In this document: piece by piece, positions 38,688 to 42,027 of the stretch
Numbering within the stretch: the first letter of the stretch is position 1
Layout: each line of letters begins with the position of its first letter
Source: Clostridia bacterium
Lineage (GTDB): Bacteria > Bacillota > Clostridia > Oscillospirales > CAG-272
Assembly (NCBI GenBank): GCA_017547545.1
Contig: JAFYPJ010000106.1
Span: 1-42,027 of the forward strand
Direction of reading: 5' to 3'
Length of the DNA: 42,027 nucleotides
Position numbers and translations under genes: made by a program
The notes under the pieces: model-generated
What the model was told of the DNA's origin: nothing
Databases searched by the model: none
The model's input: only the letters and a program-made list of their open reading frames with translations

Positions 38688-41093
38688 TTGAACACACAAA
38701 AATACTATGAAATAAAAGAAAAATGTTTTGATAAAATATATTCTTTTCTTAACGATCGCCAAAAAGAAGCCTTAAAAACCGTAAACGGGCCGCTTTTGGT
38801 GGTTGCAGGTGCAGGAAGCGGTAAAACTACGGTTCTTGTTAACAGAATTGCAGGAATCATCCGTTACGGAACAGCATATCAAAGCACCAATATTCCCTAC
38901 GGTATCGCCGACCAGGATATTATTGAGATGGAAAATGCTCTTTCCATGGAAGTAGAGGATTTGGCTCAATATATGACCAAGTACGCGGAAAACCCCTGCC
39001 CCGCCTGGGCAATCATGTGTATAACCTTTACCAACAAGGCTGCAAATGAAATGAAAGAACGACTTTCTCTTGTTATAGGTGAAGAAGCGCAGGAAATATG
39101 GGCAGGAACATTCCATAATATCTGCATGAGGATCTTAAGAAAAAATCCTGCACAGGCAGGTCTTGCACCCGGATTTACAATTTACGATACCGATGATACA
39201 AAAAAGCTTATCAATTCCATTGTTAAGGATTTTAACCTTGATGACAAAAGATATGCGGCAAAAACGGTTATAAATAAGATCAGCCGTGCAAAGGAAAGCA
39301 TGCTTACTCCCGATGACTATGAAAAGGAATTCGGTAAAGAATTTTTTGAAAAAAATATTTCCCGTATCTACCGTGAATATCAAAAGCGCATGCATGATGC
39401 CAATGCCGTGGACTTTGACGATATTATAGTTCGTACGGTAAATCTGCTAAACACAAATGAAGAAATAAGAAATTACTATCAGCGCAGATTCAAGTACATT
39501 TGTATAGACGAGTATCAGGATACAAATAAGGCGCAATTCCTTTTAGCGCTTGCTCTCTGCGGAAAATACAGAAATATCATGGTTGTTGGTGATGATGATC
39601 AGAGTATCTACCGTTTCAGAGGTGCAACCATTGAAAATATCCTTAATTTCGACAAGCATTTTACAGAAGCCAAGATCGTAAAATTGGAACAAAATTACCG
39701 TTCCACCAAAAACATAATAGAAACCGCAAATCATCTTATTTCCAATAACAGAGGCAGAAGAGAAAAGAATCTCTGGACTGCTGCCGAGGAAGGTGAAAAG
39801 GTTAAAGTTAAGCAACTTAACGATCAAACAGAAGAAGCAAGATATATAGCAGATTCAATACTTGATCATACAGTAAAATACGGCAGCCGCTTCAGCGACC
39901 ATGCAATACTGTACCGAGTAAATGCTCAATCCAACGGACTTGAAAATGTATTTGCAAAAAGTGGTATTCCCTACCGTATTTTAGGAGGCACCAGGTTCTA
40001 TGAACGAAAGGAAATAAAGGATATTATTGCCTACCTTTGCCTTGTTTGCAGTACCGGTGATAATTTAAGATTAAAGCGAATAATCAACGAGCCTAAAAGA
40101 AAGATCGGCGATACTACTGTTGATGCGGTTGAGCGCCTTGCACAAATGGAAGGGGTATCAATGTTTGAGATCCTTGAAAATGCCAATAATTATACCGCAC
40201 TTTCCAGAGTTGCCGATAAGCTGAAATCTTTTGCTAAGCTTATTAACGATTTAAGAGAGATAGAAAAAACCGAAACCCTTTCCTCCCTTGTTGAAAAAAC
40301 CATTGATATGAGTACATACCGTTCAATGCTTATATCCCAGGGGCAGGCGGCAGAAGACAGACTGCAAAATGTTGAAGAACTTATCTCAAATGCTGTAGCA
40401 TTTGAAGAAAGTCACGAAGAAGCAACGCTGGCACAATTTCTTGAAGAAGCCGCGCTGGTTGCCGATATAGACAATTATGACGACACAGCCGACGCGGTAG
40501 TTATGATGACCATACATTCGGCAAAAGGTCTTGAATTCAACAATGTTTATCTTCCGGGACTTGAAGAAGGCTTATTCCCCTCATTCCAATCAATAGGTGA
40601 ACAGGCCGAGCTGGAAGAGGAGCGCCGCCTTTGCTATGTTGCCATTACAAGAGCAAAAAAAGAGCTTTGCGCAACCTATGTAAAGAACCGACTTATGTTT
40701 GGTCACACACAATATAATCCTCCATCACGGTTTTTAGGTGAATTACCCAAGGCTACCGTGGAACATATTCCCTTACCCAAAAGAGATACTTCATCTTTTT
40801 CTTCCTATAGCGGTGGATATTCTTCGGGGTATAAGAGCAGCTTTAATAGTACATCTCCCTTTGCAAAACCAAAGCCAAAGTCTGTGTCCTATGCATCAAA
40901 TCCCTTTGCCAAGCCTACACCCGCCTCAAGTGTAAAGCTTTCACCGGGAGACGAGGTGTCTCATATCAAATACGGAAAGGGTATGGTACTTTCGGTCACC
41001 GATATGTCCGGTGATTATCTCTACGAGGTGGCTTTTGACAATTTCGGAACAAAGAAAATGATGGCAAGCTTTGCCAAATTAAAACGATTATAA
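38688..41093 (+). CDS. pcrA: ATP-dependent DNA helicase PcrA/UvrD
   Basis: AGAGSGKT, ITFTNKAA, DEYQDTN, VGDDDQSIY.FRGA, QNYRST, MTIHSAKGLEF, EERRLCYVAITRA and a C-terminal Tudor-like domain. Confidence 0.96.
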   Translation: MNTQKYYEIKEKCFDKIYSFLNDRQKEALKTVNGPLLVVAGAGSGKTTVLVNRIAGIIRYGTAYQSTNIPYGIADQDIIEMENALSMEVEDLAQYMTKYAENPCPAWAIMCITFTNKAANEMKERLSLVIGEEAQEIWAGTFHNICMRILRKNPAQAGLAPGFTIYDTDDTKKLINSIVKDFNLDDKRYAAKTVINKISRAKESMLTPDDYEKEFGKEFFEKNISRIYREYQKRMHDANAVDFDDIIVRTVNLLNTNEEIRNYYQRRFKYICIDEYQDTNKAQFLLALALCGKYRNIMVVGDDDQSIYRFRGATIENILNFDKHFTEAKIVKLEQNYRSTKNIIETANHLISNNRGRREKNLWTAAEEGEKVKVKQLNDQTEEARYIADSILDHTVKYGSRFSDHAILYRVNAQSNGLENVFAKSGIPYRILGGTRFYERKEIKDIIAYLCLVCSTGDNLRLKRIINEPKRKIGDTTVDAVERLAQMEGVSMFEILENANNYTALSRVADKLKSFAKLINDLREIEKTETLSSLVEKTIDMSTYRSMLISQGQAAEDRLQNVEELISNAVAFEESHEEATLAQFLEEAALVADIDNYDDTADAVVMMTIHSAKGLEFNNVYLPGLEEGLFPSFQSIGEQAELEEERRLCYVAITRAKKELCATYVKNRLMFGHTQYNPPSRFLGELPKATVEHIPLPKRDTSSFSSYSGGYSSGYKSSFNSTSPFAKPKPKSVSYASNPFAKPTPASSVKLSPGDEVSHIKYGKGMVLSVTDMSGDYLYEVAFDNFGTKKMMASFAKLKRL

Positions 41094-41110
41094 ATTAAAG
41101 GAGAAATATT

Positions 41111-41449
41111 ATGGATTGTTTATTCTGTGCAATTATTGAGGGAACTATTCCCTCTAAAAAAGCTTATGAGGATGATAAAATGCTTGCATTTTATGATATA
41201 AATCCCCAGGCACCCGTTCATATACTTGTAATTCCCAAAAAGCATATAGCCTCTGTTGATGAAGTGAATTCGGAAAACAGCGATATTATTGCTGCAATAT
41301 TTGAAAAAATACCTGAAATTGCAAAAACAGCAGGAATAACAAACGGTTACCGCGTTGTTTCAAACTGCGGAGATGATGCCTGCCAAACCGTAAAGCACCT
41401 TCACTTCCACATTCTTGGCGGCAAACCTTTGGCAGGAGAAATGGCATAA
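41111..41449 (+). CDS. hinT: Histidine triad nucleotide-binding protein
   Basis: DCLFC, DINPQAPVH, HLHFHILGG. Confidence 0.95.
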   Translation: MDCLFCAIIEGTIPSKKAYEDDKMLAFYDINPQAPVHILVIPKKHIASVDEVNSENSDIIAAIFEKIPEIAKTAGITNGYRVVSNCGDDACQTVKHLHFHILGGKPLAGEMA

Positions 41450-41457
41450 GCAGCTAT

Positions 41458-41490
41458 AAAAAATAAGTGCAATTACTGCACTTATTTTTT
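41458..41490. terminator. Bidirectional terminator
   Basis: AAAAAATAAGTGCA-ATTAC-TGCACTTATTTTTT. Confidence 0.8.
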
Positions 41491-41808
41491 ATTTATAAGC
41501 TTAACTATAAATACAATAAATACAACCAGTAATGCTATAGCAACCAAAATGCCTATAACAAATGCTGCAACTACACAAATACCAAGAAATACATATCCAA
41601 GTCCGGTTCCGCCTGTTTCGGGTAACACAGTACCGCCCTGTTCAACTGTACCGTCATAATAATAGTCCGGATAGTCAATTTGTGAAACAGAATCCGCCTT
41701 CTCCATGCTATCCGTAACACATATTTCACTTGCATTTGCATAAACAGAAAAAATTGAAAGCATAATTAAGAAAACAGCAAATATACTTAACATTTTAGAA
41801 CTCTTCAT
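41482..41808 (-). CDS. Small secreted protein with LPETG sorting signal
   Basis: SD GAGGT, signal peptide ending ANA, LPETGG, long hydrophobic stretch, KK tail; 108 aa. Confidence 0.7.
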   Translation of the reverse strand: MKSSKMLSIFAVFLIMLSIFSVYANASEICVTDSMEKADSVSQIDYPDYYYDGTVEQGGTVLPETGGTGLGYVFLGICVVAAFVIGILVAIALLVVFIVFIVKLINKK

Positions 41809-41830
41809 ATCATATACCTCGTAACTAAGC

Positions 41831-41860
41831 AAAAATGCAGTTTTGGGAAACTGCATTTTT
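41831..41860 (-). terminator. Terminator of the upstream minus-strand gene
   Basis: AAAAATGCAGTTT-TGGG-AAACTGCATTTTT. Confidence 0.75.
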
Positions 41861-41913
41861 GTTATATATAGAATTTTTAATTTGTGTATAAAAACATCAG
41901 TTTTTTCAACACA

Positions 41914-42027
41914 TTATTTCTTCTTTTTCTTGAGAACAACAAGTACCACAACAACTGCAGCAGCTACAACTACAACACCTGCAACGATACCGATAATAAG
42001 ACCTATTGAACCGCCCTTATTATTGTT
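41914..42027 (-). CDS. C-terminal fragment of a membrane-anchored surface protein (runs off the window)
   Basis: Translated by hand, absent from the ORF track: NNNKGGSIGLIIGIVAGVVVVAAAVVVVLVVLKKKKK*. Confidence 0.75.
   Translation of the reverse strand, partial: NNNKGGSIGLIIGIVAGVVVVAAAVVVVLVVLKKKKK

Overview
A low-GC chromosomal housekeeping region from a spore-forming Clostridia-type Bacillota. An Oscillospiraceae/Ruminococcaceae-like host is inferred from gene style only. I see no mobile element, prophage, CRISPR array, rRNA or tRNA. Gene order: yqeG-nfo-like-Xaa-Pro peptidase, efp, a CD1247-family protein with a (Cys-Asp)n tail, RNase P RNA (minus), class B sortase and gpmI (minus), radC, yicC-remA-gmk-rpoZ-priA-HI0933-cmk-plsC-ispH/rpsA fusion, a Gfo/Idh/MocA oxidoreductase, argS, yebC, thiN, a HAD phosphatase, a minus-strand F-type ATP synthase operon, yrzE-like, yajC, a GNAT, proC, several sporulation/envelope genes, rsmE, a DUF1700/DUF4097 pair, a trmB-GNAT fusion, pcrA, hinT and two small surface proteins. 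Five observations stand out. (1) The ATP synthase lacks atpH, carries a delta C-terminal-like domain fused to the N-terminus of alpha, and has a c subunit with a signal peptide and an Ala-substituted glycine stripe. (2) A complete promoter plus Shine-Dalgarno lies inside the ispH coding sequence and could make free S1 from the ispH-rpsA fusion. (3) TrmB is fused to a GNAT acetyltransferase. (4) A 13-Cys metallothionein-like tail follows the CD1247 domain. (5) A candidate minus-strand structured sRNA lies between trmB-GNAT and pcrA. All assignments come from motif recognition by eye; no searches were run.
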